A stretch of 64,000 bases of DNA. It comes from Verrucomicrobiia bacterium. GTDB lineage: Bacteria; Acidobacteriota; Terriglobia; Acidiferrales; UBA7541. The position numbers were made by a program, and so were the translations under genes. Under the pieces are notes generated by a model, which saw only the letters and a list, made by a program, of their open reading frames with translations, made no database searches and was not told the DNA's origin. Shown piece after piece: positions 7,907 through 17,340 of this stretch. The stretch covers positions 51,583 through 115,582 of the forward strand of contig DATJTF010000018.1 of the NCBI GenBank assembly GCA_035503815.1, written 5' to 3'. Positions within the stretch are counted from its first letter, which is position 1, and each line of letters opens with the position of its first letter.

Positions 7907-9259
7907 ATGGGCTCACTGACACGGCGGGATTTCATACGGGCAGGAGCGGGATCGGTGGCGGCTGGAGCAGCGGCGAAGATGATCCTGCTGGAACCGGCGC
8001 CGTTGTGGGGCGCGGGGCGGCCGGTGGCGCCGAGCGATCGAATCCGGTTCGCGTCAATCGGGACAGGGACGCGGGGATGCGAATTGCTGAAAGCGTCGCT
8101 GGCGGTGCCGGGTGTCGAATGCGTCGCGGCGTGCGATTTGTATACGAGCCGGCATGAAGCGGCGCAGGAGGCGATTCAGAAAAAGATAGATGTGACGGGG
8201 AACTATCACGAGATTCTGAGCCGTCAGGACGTGGATGCGGTGATTGTGGCCGTCACGGACCATCAGCACCGGCGCGTCGTGGTGGACGCGTGCAACGCGG
8301 GCAAGGACGTGTACTGCGAAAAGCCGATGTCGCACAGAGTGGAAGAGGGTTTCGCGATCGTGGAGGCAGTGCGAAAAAACAATCGCATCCTGCAAGTGGG
8401 CAGCCAGCGAGTGAGCTCCATCGTGTTCGAGAAGGCGCACGAAATCTACGCTTCGGGAGCGCTCGGCGATGTGTTCTTTATCGAAGCGTCGATGGACCGC
8501 AATTCGGCGAGCGGCGCGTGGGTGTATCCAATTCCGCCGGACGCGAGCCCCGAGACAATCAACTGGGACGAGTATCTGGTGGGAGCGCCGGAACGCGGGT
8601 TTGACGCAGTGCGTTTCTTTCGGTGGCGCTGCTTCACGGATTACGGCGAAGGACTGGCGGGCGATCTGTTCGTGCACATGCTCTCGGGAATTCTCTCAAT
8701 CGTTGGAATTGATGACGCACCGCAGCGGGCAAGGACGGCCGGTGGACTGTTCCGATGGAAGGATGGGCGCGATTTTCCGGATGTGATCGAAACGCTCTAC
8801 GACTATCCACACTTCCGCATCTTGCTGCACTGCAATCTGAACAATGCGGCGGGCGACATGGTGACTTTTCAGGGGACGAAAGGGACACTGGAGATCAACG
8901 GGCAAACGTTGACCTTCACGCCCCAAAGCACCAACTACGGCCCGGAAACCTACTCGACACAAGGATGGCCGGCGAGGCTCCGCGACGAGTACCTGGCGAA
9001 ATGGGCGGCAGACCATCCGGCGCCGGAGCCGCTCGATTATCAAGTCTCCGAAGGGGAGGCTTTCACGGCTCCGCCAGGGTACAGCGACGTTTCGGCCCAT
9101 CAGGCCAATTTCTTCAATGCGGTGCGAAGCCGCAAGCCGCCCGTGGAAAACGAAGTGTTCGGCAATCATGCGGCCATCGGCTGCCACATGGCCAATTACG
9201 CGTATTTCAAAAACACGATCGCCACGTGGGATCCGGCGACAAAAACAATCCAGGGATGA
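7907..9259 (+). CDS. Gfo/Idh/MocA family oxidoreductase with Tat signal
   Basis: 450 aa. Twin-arginine N-terminus MGSLTRRDFIRAGAGSVAAGAAA, Rossmann region RFASIGTGTRG, and a typical Gfo/Idh/MocA C-terminal domain. RBS GGAGGGG upstream. Confidence 0.9.
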   Translation: MGSLTRRDFIRAGAGSVAAGAAAKMILLEPAPLWGAGRPVAPSDRIRFASIGTGTRGCELLKASLAVPGVECVAACDLYTSRHEAAQEAIQKKIDVTGNYHEILSRQDVDAVIVAVTDHQHRRVVVDACNAGKDVYCEKPMSHRVEEGFAIVEAVRKNNRILQVGSQRVSSIVFEKAHEIYASGALGDVFFIEASMDRNSASGAWVYPIPPDASPETINWDEYLVGAPERGFDAVRFFRWRCFTDYGEGLAGDLFVHMLSGILSIVGIDDAPQRARTAGGLFRWKDGRDFPDVIETLYDYPHFRILLHCNLNNAAGDMVTFQGTKGTLEINGQTLTFTPQSTNYGPETYSTQGWPARLRDEYLAKWAADHPAPEPLDYQVSEGEAFTAPPGYSDVSAHQANFFNAVRSRKPPVENEVFGNHAAIGCHMANYAYFKNTIATWDPATKTIQG

Positions 9260-9324
9260 GTCCGCGGCGGCGGTCGCTTCAGGCAACTTTCACAATAGAT
9301 GATTTGCAATCGGGGAGTTTGAAC

Positions 9325-10236
9325 ATGAATCGAATTTCGAGAAGGACTTTTCTGAAGACCGCATCGGCGACGGCCGCGTGCGCAGGCGTGTGGGGTGCAG
9401 CTCTGCCGGCCACGGCCAATCCGCTGGGGCTGCCGATCGGATTGCAACTCTACTCGGTGCGCGAACTGCTGCCGAAGGACTATGCGGGAACGCTCAAGCA
9501 ACTCGGGGCAATCGGTTATCAAGAGGTGGAGGCAGCGGGATTTTTCGGTTATACGGCCGATGAAGTGAAACAGGCGATGATTCAAGCAGGACTGCGCTGC
9601 GTGAGCGCGCATTACCCACTGGCACAGCTCATGCCCGAGGAAGGCGAAATCGTTCAGTACGCCAAGGACCTGGGGCTCGAATACATCATCTGCTCATCGC
9701 CAACCTTGAAGGATCCGTCGAGGCTGAAGCCGGGAGGCGCGCGGGCGCTCGCAGCAGTGATGACGCTGGACGATTGGAAATGGAATGCCGAACAATTCAA
9801 CCGCATTGGGGAGCGCGTGAACGCGGCGGGCATGCGGTTTGGATATCACAATCACACGGGCGAGTTCCGCGAGATCAACGGCGTGGTGGCCTACGACCAG
9901 CTGCTACGGTGGACCGACCCCTCCAGCGTGACGATGGAGATGGACTGCGGGTGGGTGGTGGTGGGCGGGAAGAACCCGGTGGATTATCTGACACGCTACC
10001 CCACACGCTTTTCCATGCTGCATGTGAAGGAGTTCAAACTGGGAGGTGCGAGCACGGAGACCGGAACACCGCCGTCGACCGAGATGGGACGCGGAAGCAT
10101 CGACTACCGGCCGATCTTCGAGGCAGCGAAAAAGGCTGATATCAAGCACATCTTCGTGGAGCAGGAGGAATTTGACATGCCTCCGCTCGAAGCGCTGAAA
10201 ATCGACGTGGATTACATGAAGTCTTTGACGATTTAA
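9325..10236 (+). CDS. sugar phosphate isomerase/epimerase (xylose isomerase-like TIM barrel) with Tat signal
   Basis: The track ORF 8755-10236 is over-extended into the previous gene. ATG 9325 (RBS GGGGAG) gives MNRISRRTFLKTASATAACAGVWG (Tat-like), followed by a TIM-barrel AP-endonuclease-2-type sequence (GYQEVE.., FGYHNH..). Confidence 0.85.
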   Translation: MNRISRRTFLKTASATAACAGVWGAALPATANPLGLPIGLQLYSVRELLPKDYAGTLKQLGAIGYQEVEAAGFFGYTADEVKQAMIQAGLRCVSAHYPLAQLMPEEGEIVQYAKDLGLEYIICSSPTLKDPSRLKPGGARALAAVMTLDDWKWNAEQFNRIGERVNAAGMRFGYHNHTGEFREINGVVAYDQLLRWTDPSSVTMEMDCGWVVVGGKNPVDYLTRYPTRFSMLHVKEFKLGGASTETGTPPSTEMGRGSIDYRPIFEAAKKADIKHIFVEQEEFDMPPLEALKIDVDYMKSLTI

Positions 10237-10282
10237 CGCGAACGATCTTGCGCCGCCAGACCGGGCAGCGCGAGTTTCCGCG

Positions 10283-11416
10283 CTAGCGCACCATACTCCG
10301 AATTACCAGATTCAATCCGACCATCAGGACCGCGGAAGCGGGAATCACCAGCAATGCCTTTTTCAAGCGACGCGGATCGTTGCCGGCGATAAAGCCGATG
10401 ACGCGCGAGCTGACAGCCAGCCCGATCCAACCACAGGTGATGACGATGCCGATCGCCGTGCCGGTCATGCGCGGAAAGGCGTCAGCGACGATTGCCAATG
10501 TGGTGGGGAAGACCGGCGCCATCGAGAGGCCCGCCAGAAAAACCAGAGCGAAAGCCGCCGCGGGCCGGTTGGTCTGAAGCATCAGGAACGTCGTGACGAC
10601 CATGGCGGCGGACGCGGCCAGCGTGACGGTGGTGGCGGGAACGCGGGCAAACACCGGCGCAACACCGACGCGGCCAACCAGCAGGCCGAGCGCAAATCCC
10701 AAGGAAAGGATGTTGAGAGCGCGCGATTCGGAGATTCCTTGCGCGATGAGGTGGCGGGGCAGCCAGTTCCAGATTCCCACTTCGCAGCCGACGTAGAGAA
10801 ACATGAACAATCCGAGGAGAAATAGCAGGGGGCGCGCGAGAACAGGAGCCGCGTCGGCAAGGATGAACCGCCCAGCGCCAGCGGGAGGAGGCATTTTGGC
10901 CAGCGCTTGGATGAAGAGCGTGGCAACGGTGAGAGACGCCACCGCATAGCAAAGGCGAACCCAGTTTCGAGAGAAGAGATTGGCGGAAATAAAGGGGGTG
11001 GCAAGTCCACCGAGCCCGAAAAAGAGATTGACCAAGTTCAGGGCAACTGCGCGATGGGCCTCGCCAACGCCGCTGACCAGCGCATTCGCGCCGGTGACGA
11101 CAATGCCTCCTCCCACGCCAAGTATGAAGAGGAGAAACAAAATGCTCCGAAAACCGGGCGAACGAGGCAGGACGAAAAGAGAGATTGAGATGAGAGCAAG
11201 ACCCAGGATGAGTCCCAATTTGTCGCCTTGGTTATCGAGCAGCGGACCCACTCCGAGTGAGGCGATGATCAAGCCGAGCGCCTGCGCAAAGGCGATGGTG
11301 CCGTTGTGGCTGGGAGAAAGTTGGAATCGTTCGGAGAGCGCCGGGAGGATGGTGCCCAGCATGGCGGCGATCATCCCGTAAACGAAGATGGCGACAACGG
11401 CGGCAAGAATCAGCAC
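10283..11416 (-). CDS. MFS transporter
   Basis: 377 aa, about 12 hydrophobic helices. GTG start at 11416 with AAGGAG 9 nt upstream, 13 nt after the stop of the upstream oxidoreductase gene. Confidence 0.85.
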   Translation of the reverse strand: MLILAAVVAIFVYGMIAAMLGTILPALSERFQLSPSHNGTIAFAQALGLIIASLGVGPLLDNQGDKLGLILGLALISISLFVLPRSPGFRSILFLLFILGVGGGIVVTGANALVSGVGEAHRAVALNLVNLFFGLGGLATPFISANLFSRNWVRLCYAVASLTVATLFIQALAKMPPPAGAGRFILADAAPVLARPLLFLLGLFMFLYVGCEVGIWNWLPRHLIAQGISESRALNILSLGFALGLLVGRVGVAPVFARVPATTVTLAASAAMVVTTFLMLQTNRPAAAFALVFLAGLSMAPVFPTTLAIVADAFPRMTGTAIGIVITCGWIGLAVSSRVIGFIAGNDPRRLKKALLVIPASAVLMVGLNLVIRSMVR

Positions 11417-11431
11417 GCGGGAACGCTCCTT

Positions 11432-12595
11432 TCAATTCCCAGGTTCGCGCGCTGCGACGTCGATCCAGGACCGCTTCCGGTGGCTCTGGAGCGCGGCGTC
11501 GAGGATGGAGAGTTGTCGCAAACCATCGATGAACTGCGGGTATTCGATGGGGGCACGCGGGTCTCCGATGGAAGAGTAGAAGCGGCGGAAGAGTTGCTTG
11601 AACGTGTCGTCGTAGCCTTCACTGTGGCCTCCGGGAAGATCGGCGTAACCGCGCGCACCGGGCCTGAGCAGAGACGGATCTTTGAGAAGAAGCTGATTGG
11701 GGGTATCGCGGTGGCCGATCCAAAGCTCGTCGGGACGCTCCTGATTCCAGGCGACGGATGATTTTGCGCCGTAAATTTCGATGCTAAGGCGATTCTTGCG
11801 CCCGGCGCAAACCTGGCTGGCAGTGACGCTGCCGCAAGCGCGCGGCCCCATGCGGAAGAGCACCGCGGAGTAGTCCTCCGTATCCACCGGCGTTTCAACA
11901 TAGTCCTCGGGACGGAGCAGCTTATTGGCGAAGGTTTCAACCGAATGCTTCGGTTGTTTGCGCTTGGCGTGGAAGGTCTGAAGATCGGCGCAAAGGGATG
12001 TGACGCGCAGACCGGTGACGTGCTCTGCCAAATCAAACCAGTGAGAGCCGATGTCGGCCATGCAGCGCGAGGGGCCGCCATTCGCGGAATCCACGCGCCA
12101 GTTCCAGTCCGTTTCGAAGAGCAGCCAGTCCTGCGAGTAAGCGCCCTGGACGAGGAGAACTTCGCCGAGATCGCCGTCTTCGCAAAGGCGGCGCATCTGC
12201 TGGACCAAGGGATAGCAGCGCAGATTGTGGCAAATGCAGTTGCGCAATCCCTTTCGCGCGGCGAGCGAGACGAGTTCCAAGCCTTCGTCGAGCGATGTGG
12301 CCAGCGGTTTTTCACAGAGAACATGCTTGCCCGCCAGGAGCGCCTCTTTGGCCATCGCGTAGTGCAGAGAATTGGGCGTGCAAATGTGCACCGCATCAAT
12401 GGATGGATCGGACAGGAGATCGCGATAATCGGCGGCAATCGCGGGGATGGAGAAACCCGCGCCTAAACGCCGCGCCGCCTCGATACTTCTGCCCGCAATC
12501 GCGGCGGCCTCGACAAATTCCAGGCGCCGCACGGATTCGAGGTGAACGCGGCCCATGAAGCCTGTTCCAAAGATCGCCGTCCTGATCGTTTTCAT
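11432..12595 (-). CDS. Gfo/Idh/MocA family oxidoreductase (cytoplasmic)
   Basis: Start trimmed to ATG 12595 (GGAGGAG 8 nt upstream). The product begins MKTIRTAIFGTGFMGRVH (Rossmann GxGxxG). The track ORF start at 12649 would overlap the upstream gene. Confidence 0.9.
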   Translation of the reverse strand: MKTIRTAIFGTGFMGRVHLESVRRLEFVEAAAIAGRSIEAARRLGAGFSIPAIAADYRDLLSDPSIDAVHICTPNSLHYAMAKEALLAGKHVLCEKPLATSLDEGLELVSLAARKGLRNCICHNLRCYPLVQQMRRLCEDGDLGEVLLVQGAYSQDWLLFETDWNWRVDSANGGPSRCMADIGSHWFDLAEHVTGLRVTSLCADLQTFHAKRKQPKHSVETFANKLLRPEDYVETPVDTEDYSAVLFRMGPRACGSVTASQVCAGRKNRLSIEIYGAKSSVAWNQERPDELWIGHRDTPNQLLLKDPSLLRPGARGYADLPGGHSEGYDDTFKQLFRRFYSSIGDPRAPIEYPQFIDGLRQLSILDAALQSHRKRSWIDVAAREPGN

Positions 12596-12617
12596 CGAGG
12601 CTGCTCCTCCCGCCGCG

Positions 12618-13577
12618 CTAGACCCACCAGGCAGCTCCAGGCTTTTCACGAATCACGATGGTGTTTAGGAAATTGGCGGCCTTCGTCAGGCCTTCTTCGG
12701 GCGAGAGGAGACTGTCTTCATGCTCGATAGAGAGGACAGAATCGTAGCCGAACATGCGGAGCGTGGAAACAAACTCGGTCCACCATTCCGCGCCATGACC
12801 GAAGCCGCAGGTGCGAAAGATCCAGCCTCGATCGCGTTCCTGAGTGTAGGGCTTGGTGTCGAGCACGCCGGTGCGAGGGAGATTGGCAGAGTAGAGCTGA
12901 GTGTCCTTTGCATGGACATGGAAGATTGTACCCTCGAGCACTCGAACGGCGGCGATGGGGTCGATGCCCTGCCAGAAAAGATGGCTTGGGTCGAAATTGC
13001 ACCCGACGCTGGGTCCGGCGACGGCGCGAAGCCTGAGCATCGTCTCCGGACTGTAGGCCACAAAGCCGGGATGCATTTCGATGGCGATCTTTACGCCGTG
13101 ATCCGCGGCGAACTTCGCCTGACCAGCCCAATAGGGAGCAACAACCTCGCTCCATTGCCAATCGAGAACTTTGAGGTAGTCGGGAGGCCAAGGGCACGTC
13201 ACCCAGTTGGGAGCCGTGGCGCGAGGCGAATCACCGGGGCAACCGGAAAAATCGATTACGACCGGGATGCCAAGCTTTTCGGCGAGCAAAATCGTCTTGC
13301 GGCTCACGTCTCGGTCCTGCTGGGCGCGAGCCGCGTCCGGATGAAGCGGGTTTCCATGACAACTCAAAGCGCTGATATTGGCGCCGTGATCGGCGAGCAC
13401 TCTCTGAAATTCGGCGAGGGCGGCAGGGTTATCGAGCATCGAAAGCTTGCAGTGGGCATCGCCGGGATAATTGCCCGTGCCTAGTTCGACGGTGTTGATT
13501 TGGAGAGCAGCGAGCTTCTTGAGCACCACCGGCAAGGGGAACTGCGAGAGAAGGGGGGTAAAAACTCCGATGCGCAT
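12618..13577 (-). CDS. sugar phosphate isomerase/epimerase (xylose isomerase-like TIM barrel)
   Basis: 319 aa; MRIGVFTPLL... and IAIEMHPG, SIEHED motifs typical of this family. First gene of a three-gene minus-strand operon (TIM barrel, oxidoreductase, MFS). Confidence 0.88.
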   Translation of the reverse strand: MRIGVFTPLLSQFPLPVVLKKLAALQINTVELGTGNYPGDAHCKLSMLDNPAALAEFQRVLADHGANISALSCHGNPLHPDAARAQQDRDVSRKTILLAEKLGIPVVIDFSGCPGDSPRATAPNWVTCPWPPDYLKVLDWQWSEVVAPYWAGQAKFAADHGVKIAIEMHPGFVAYSPETMLRLRAVAGPSVGCNFDPSHLFWQGIDPIAAVRVLEGTIFHVHAKDTQLYSANLPRTGVLDTKPYTQERDRGWIFRTCGFGHGAEWWTEFVSTLRMFGYDSVLSIEHEDSLLSPEEGLTKAANFLNTIVIREKPGAAWWV

Positions 13578-13924
13578 GGCGATTTCTTTCTCCTCGGGTC
13601 AAGGCCTGTCCACAACGCGCGGCAATCTTAGGCGCGCCGAAGGCCTCGGATGAAGTCGAGACGGATTCCACGGCCATCGGGAACCCCGACAGGCTTTTCA
13701 TGAGCGGCAGTAACTAAATGACTCAGCAGGCAGAGAAAAAGATTCACTGGCAGCTGAGACGCTAGCCATTCTATAGATGCCTGGCGGGATCGTCCAACTG
13801 GCAATCGACGATGATTTGAAGCGTATGAGTTGACGTGCTGCTAGCGCGTGCGGCGCTTTTTGCCCGTCCCGGACTCATTCGATTGCATGAGCGACAGGGG
13901 TCGGGATTGCGGCTCAGGAATTTC

Positions 13925-16900
13925 TCACCACAACAATTTCAGTCCAAATTGAATTTGGCGGGAAGTGGTGGAGGTGGATGTGATCACTCCCGCCGTGGGT
14001 GAAGGCCCGCCGGTAGCGGATGCGTAGACGACCGGGTTGGGCGCATTGAAATTCGCATGGTTAAAGACGTTAAAGAACTCGGAGCGGAATTGCAGATTGA
14101 ACCGCTCCGAAAGTTTGAACTGCTTCGCCAACGACAGGTCCGTTTCCACCAGTCCCGGCCCCTCGAGAGAGTTGCGGCCGACGCTGCCGTATGTTCCGGG
14201 CAGAGGCTGGATGAACGCGCTGGGATTGAAATAGCGATCGGGTCCGCCGAGAATCACGGGTCCGGTGAAGGCGGGATTCCAGGAAGGCCGCACCGGATTG
14301 CGGGTATCGCCGTCGTTAGAGGGGTTGTAGGACAACTGGGGCGTGAACGGCAGGCCCGTTTGCGCCGTCTCAATGCCGCTCAATTGCCAGTCTCCAATCA
14401 GCTGATGCAGCCACGGATGTTCTCTGGCCACGCGGCCGCGCCCGAACGGAAGATCGTAAGTAGCATTGACGACCGCAGAGTGTTGTATATCGAATGAAGC
14501 TCTCCCATAATCCGCCTTCGGCAGATAGGGATTGGAAACGAAGGCAGGCGAGTTTGTGGCGACGCTGGTATTCATGTTGTCGCCGTCGTCGAGCGACTTC
14601 GCGAACGCGTACACTCCCCGGAATTGGAGACCTGATTTCCAGCGGTGATTCAGATCGAGTTCGAGCCCGTTGTAGGAACTGATCCCTTCCGAAAACCAGT
14701 GCGTGGAATTCCAGAGGGCCGGATTGGCAAGAGCCGCTCCGGATGGATAGTAATACGCTCCGTCAGGATAGCCGACCGGGCAGGGGGACGCGGGGCAGAT
14801 CGCCGGAACAGGAAGGTTTGCATCCACGGAGAGAAGCTCGTGGTAGCCGTGAGAGCCGATGTAGCTGACGCCGAGGGAGGTGCTCGAAGAGAGTTCTTGA
14901 TCGATTTTCAAGCTCCAGGAATCAACCGCCGGGGTTTTCAGATCCGGCTGCACGCCGCTGGGAATCGCTTTCGCGCCGGAGTAGGCCGCGCCCGGCGCGA
15001 TGGCGGAGAATGGAATGCCCTTGACGGCGTAGACCGTGTTGTACGGAGGGTTCTGATCGAGACGATAACTCAAGTTATCAAGCAAGGAGTAATACTGGCC
15101 GAAGCCGGCTCGAAAGACTGTTTTTTTGGAGGCGAAGGGAGCCCACGCGACGGCGAAGCGGGGTTCGGGCAAAAACTTCGCGTGGTTGACGCTGAAAACG
15201 GAGCCGCCAATGACCGGCTGCGTGAGGATCACCCCATTCGAGTTAAAGGCGTAATTCGAAGCGCGCCCGTGCGCTTCGTTCCATCCATTGGTGGATTCGG
15301 CGCGGAAGCCGAGTCGCAGTTCCAAGGAGGGAGTGATCTTGATCGCGTCTTCGGCATAGAATGCGCCTTCAAGCGAACGCCAGTTCAAAGGCGTATAGGA
15401 CGGAGCGTAGGTAAAGGTGCTCACGGTCCCTTCGAGAAATGTCTGCAGATTCGTGAACGAAACCTGGCCGTACTGATCTTGGACAAGAGTGTCGTTGGCT
15501 TGGATCCTTTGCAGCCATGCGCCAAAGCTGAATAAGTGCTTGCCGCGAGTCAATGTGATTTGGTCGGAGAGAGTGAAGAGATTGCGCGCGGCGCGAAGAT
15601 TGCTGCCTGCGTTTGTGCCGCCATTGGTGATTTGCGAAGCGCCATTGAGAGTCGTGCCACCGCCGACAACCACGGCACCAACCGGCTGGCCCAAGTTGAC
15701 CCAACTGGGCAGATCCACGGTGGTCGCACTGGTGAAGTAAAACGCGCCGCGGGAGAAGCCGAACGTGACCTTATTGAGGAGACTCGGCGAGAAAACGTGC
15801 GTTTCACTCAGGCTGGCGACCTGTTCACGCGAGTAAAGGTCAGCGAGGGTAAACGGATTGTTCGTCGGAGAATGCGCCGCGCCGTCGTCAATGGTGTAAA
15901 CGGCGGCAAACGTATCGTTGTCCGTGAAAATTTGGTCGAGCCTCGCCGTCCCGAAATCTTCGCGCAGCCTCTGCAATGGATTGCTGAAGGCTTTGGCAAT
16001 TCCGCTGGGAGCTCCTGTCGAGGTCGGGATTTCAGGGCCGTTGGCCACCGGCCACAAAGCAAGGAGCGGCTGAATGCTGGGAACAGCGCTCGCCCTGGAA
16101 GTGTCGTCGGGCACAAGCGATACATCGCTCAGGCCAAGATTTTGCCGGTAGCCCTCATAGTTCCCAAACAAGAAAGTCTTACCCTTGCGGAGAGGGCCGC
16201 CAAGCGAGCCACCAAACTCGTTGCGCCGAAATTCCGGGATATTGCCGAAATCGAAGTAATTCCTGGCATCCAAGGCGCTATTGCGCAGGAATTCGTACGC
16301 ATCGCCGTGAACGTTATTTGTTCCGGAAGCGGTCACAATTTCAACTTGTCCCCCGGAACGCTTGCCGTACTCGGCGCCATAGGTATCTTTCAGAACAGAA
16401 AATTCGCGAACCGCATCCACTCCGAGGAGTTGACCGCTTACGCCGCCAGGGGTGTCGTCAATTTCGGACGCACTGGTGAACTCGACGCCGTTCAGCAGAA
16501 ATAGATTTTCCTGAGGACGCCGGCCGGAGACCGCGAACATATTGCCGACAACGGAGTTGGAGGTGCCGATCCCCCCGGCGCGCTGCGAGGTGTAATTGAT
16601 AACCCCGGGATTGAGCGTCATCAGCTGGTCGTAGCTGCGCCCATTCAGAGGGAGATCCTTGACCTGGCGCTCCCCGACCAAGCCCGACGAATCTTCCGTC
16701 GTGGCGGAGACTACCTTGGGGGTGGCCTCGACTTGTATCGTCTGCTGCACGTCTCCCAACTGCAACACCAGGTCGACCGTTTCCCGCTGGGCGACAGCCA
16801 AGGAAATTCCCGTCTTCACCTCGCTGCGAAAACCGTTTTTCTCCGCCTCCACCAGATAATGGCCTACGGGGAGGGAGGCCGCGTCGTAGCGGCCCGCCAC

Positions 16901-17119
16901 GTCGCTGACCAGATTGCGTACGGCGCCTGTTTCCTGGTTCTTGATGAGGATGGTTGTCCCGGCAATCGCCCCGCCGGAAGCATCGCTGACGGCGCCTTGG
17001 ATGGAAGCATCCGCCTGGGCGGAGCTGACCGGCGCGAGGCTTGCCCAGGTTACTGCCAGAAGCAAAGCGAACAGTGGGAACCTCACGAAGCGAAATTCAT
17101 GAAGCCTTGGAAAGCTCAT
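13925..17119 (-). CDS. TonB-dependent receptor with N-terminal carboxypeptidase-regulatory-like domain
   Basis: Start trimmed to ATG 17119 (GAGGAG 9 nt upstream), giving MSFPRLHEFRFVRFPLFALLLAVTWASLAPVSSAQA (signal). CarboxypepD_reg segment IQGAVSDASGGAIAGTTILIKNQETG..RYDAASLPVGHYLVEAEKNGF. Long beta-barrel with terminal ..QFGLKLLW. Confidence 0.9.
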   Translation of the reverse strand: MSFPRLHEFRFVRFPLFALLLAVTWASLAPVSSAQADASIQGAVSDASGGAIAGTTILIKNQETGAVRNLVSDVAGRYDAASLPVGHYLVEAEKNGFRSEVKTGISLAVAQRETVDLVLQLGDVQQTIQVEATPKVVSATTEDSSGLVGERQVKDLPLNGRSYDQLMTLNPGVINYTSQRAGGIGTSNSVVGNMFAVSGRRPQENLFLLNGVEFTSASEIDDTPGGVSGQLLGVDAVREFSVLKDTYGAEYGKRSGGQVEIVTASGTNNVHGDAYEFLRNSALDARNYFDFGNIPEFRRNEFGGSLGGPLRKGKTFLFGNYEGYRQNLGLSDVSLVPDDTSRASAVPSIQPLLALWPVANGPEIPTSTGAPSGIAKAFSNPLQRLREDFGTARLDQIFTDNDTFAAVYTIDDGAAHSPTNNPFTLADLYSREQVASLSETHVFSPSLLNKVTFGFSRGAFYFTSATTVDLPSWVNLGQPVGAVVVGGGTTLNGASQITNGGTNAGSNLRAARNLFTLSDQITLTRGKHLFSFGAWLQRIQANDTLVQDQYGQVSFTNLQTFLEGTVSTFTYAPSYTPLNWRSLEGAFYAEDAIKITPSLELRLGFRAESTNGWNEAHGRASNYAFNSNGVILTQPVIGGSVFSVNHAKFLPEPRFAVAWAPFASKKTVFRAGFGQYYSLLDNLSYRLDQNPPYNTVYAVKGIPFSAIAPGAAYSGAKAIPSGVQPDLKTPAVDSWSLKIDQELSSSTSLGVSYIGSHGYHELLSVDANLPVPAICPASPCPVGYPDGAYYYPSGAALANPALWNSTHWFSEGISSYNGLELDLNHRWKSGLQFRGVYAFAKSLDDGDNMNTSVATNSPAFVSNPYLPKADYGRASFDIQHSAVVNATYDLPFGRGRVAREHPWLHQLIGDWQLSGIETAQTGLPFTPQLSYNPSNDGDTRNPVRPSWNPAFTGPVILGGPDRYFNPSAFIQPLPGTYGSVGRNSLEGPGLVETDLSLAKQFKLSERFNLQFRSEFFNVFNHANFNAPNPVVYASATGGPSPTAGVITSTSTTSRQIQFGLKLLW

Positions 17120-17340
17120 CTTAGTCATCTCCTCGATCCGTTGGCGGCCCATGCGCCTGTCCGGCGCGCCGGCATTCAGTTGGTCTGGAAAAAAGAGCTG
17201 GGAAGGCCTGACGCAAAGCGCGTTGACGACTTGGAGAGTTTCAACAACAGGCTGGGGAGGTGATACCGCCGCGGAGGAACGGGAACTGCATTCGATTCGA
17301 ATCAATGATTCGGATCGCTTCCTGCGCGAAGCAAAGGACT

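Noticed and set aside
8755-10236. Over-extended track ORFs suggesting fusions or long N-termini: 8755-10236, 13925-17305, 31416-32435, 35254-36471, 40446-41633, 5812-6474, 61839-63596, 48446-50149, 28807-29229.
   Set aside because: The extensions overlap the preceding gene or are junk-like. Internal starts with an RBS, a signal peptide or stop/start overlaps (ATGA, TGATG) give products of canonical length.
13578-13924. 347-bp intergenic region (and 17120-17340) examined for small genes, repeats or terminators.
   Set aside because: Only short imperfect hairpins are present (for example CTCAT..ATGAG and CGAATC-ATT-GATTCG), with no U-tract terminators or ORFs with an RBS. These are most simply promoter/leader regions for the TIM-barrel operon and the TonB receptor gene.
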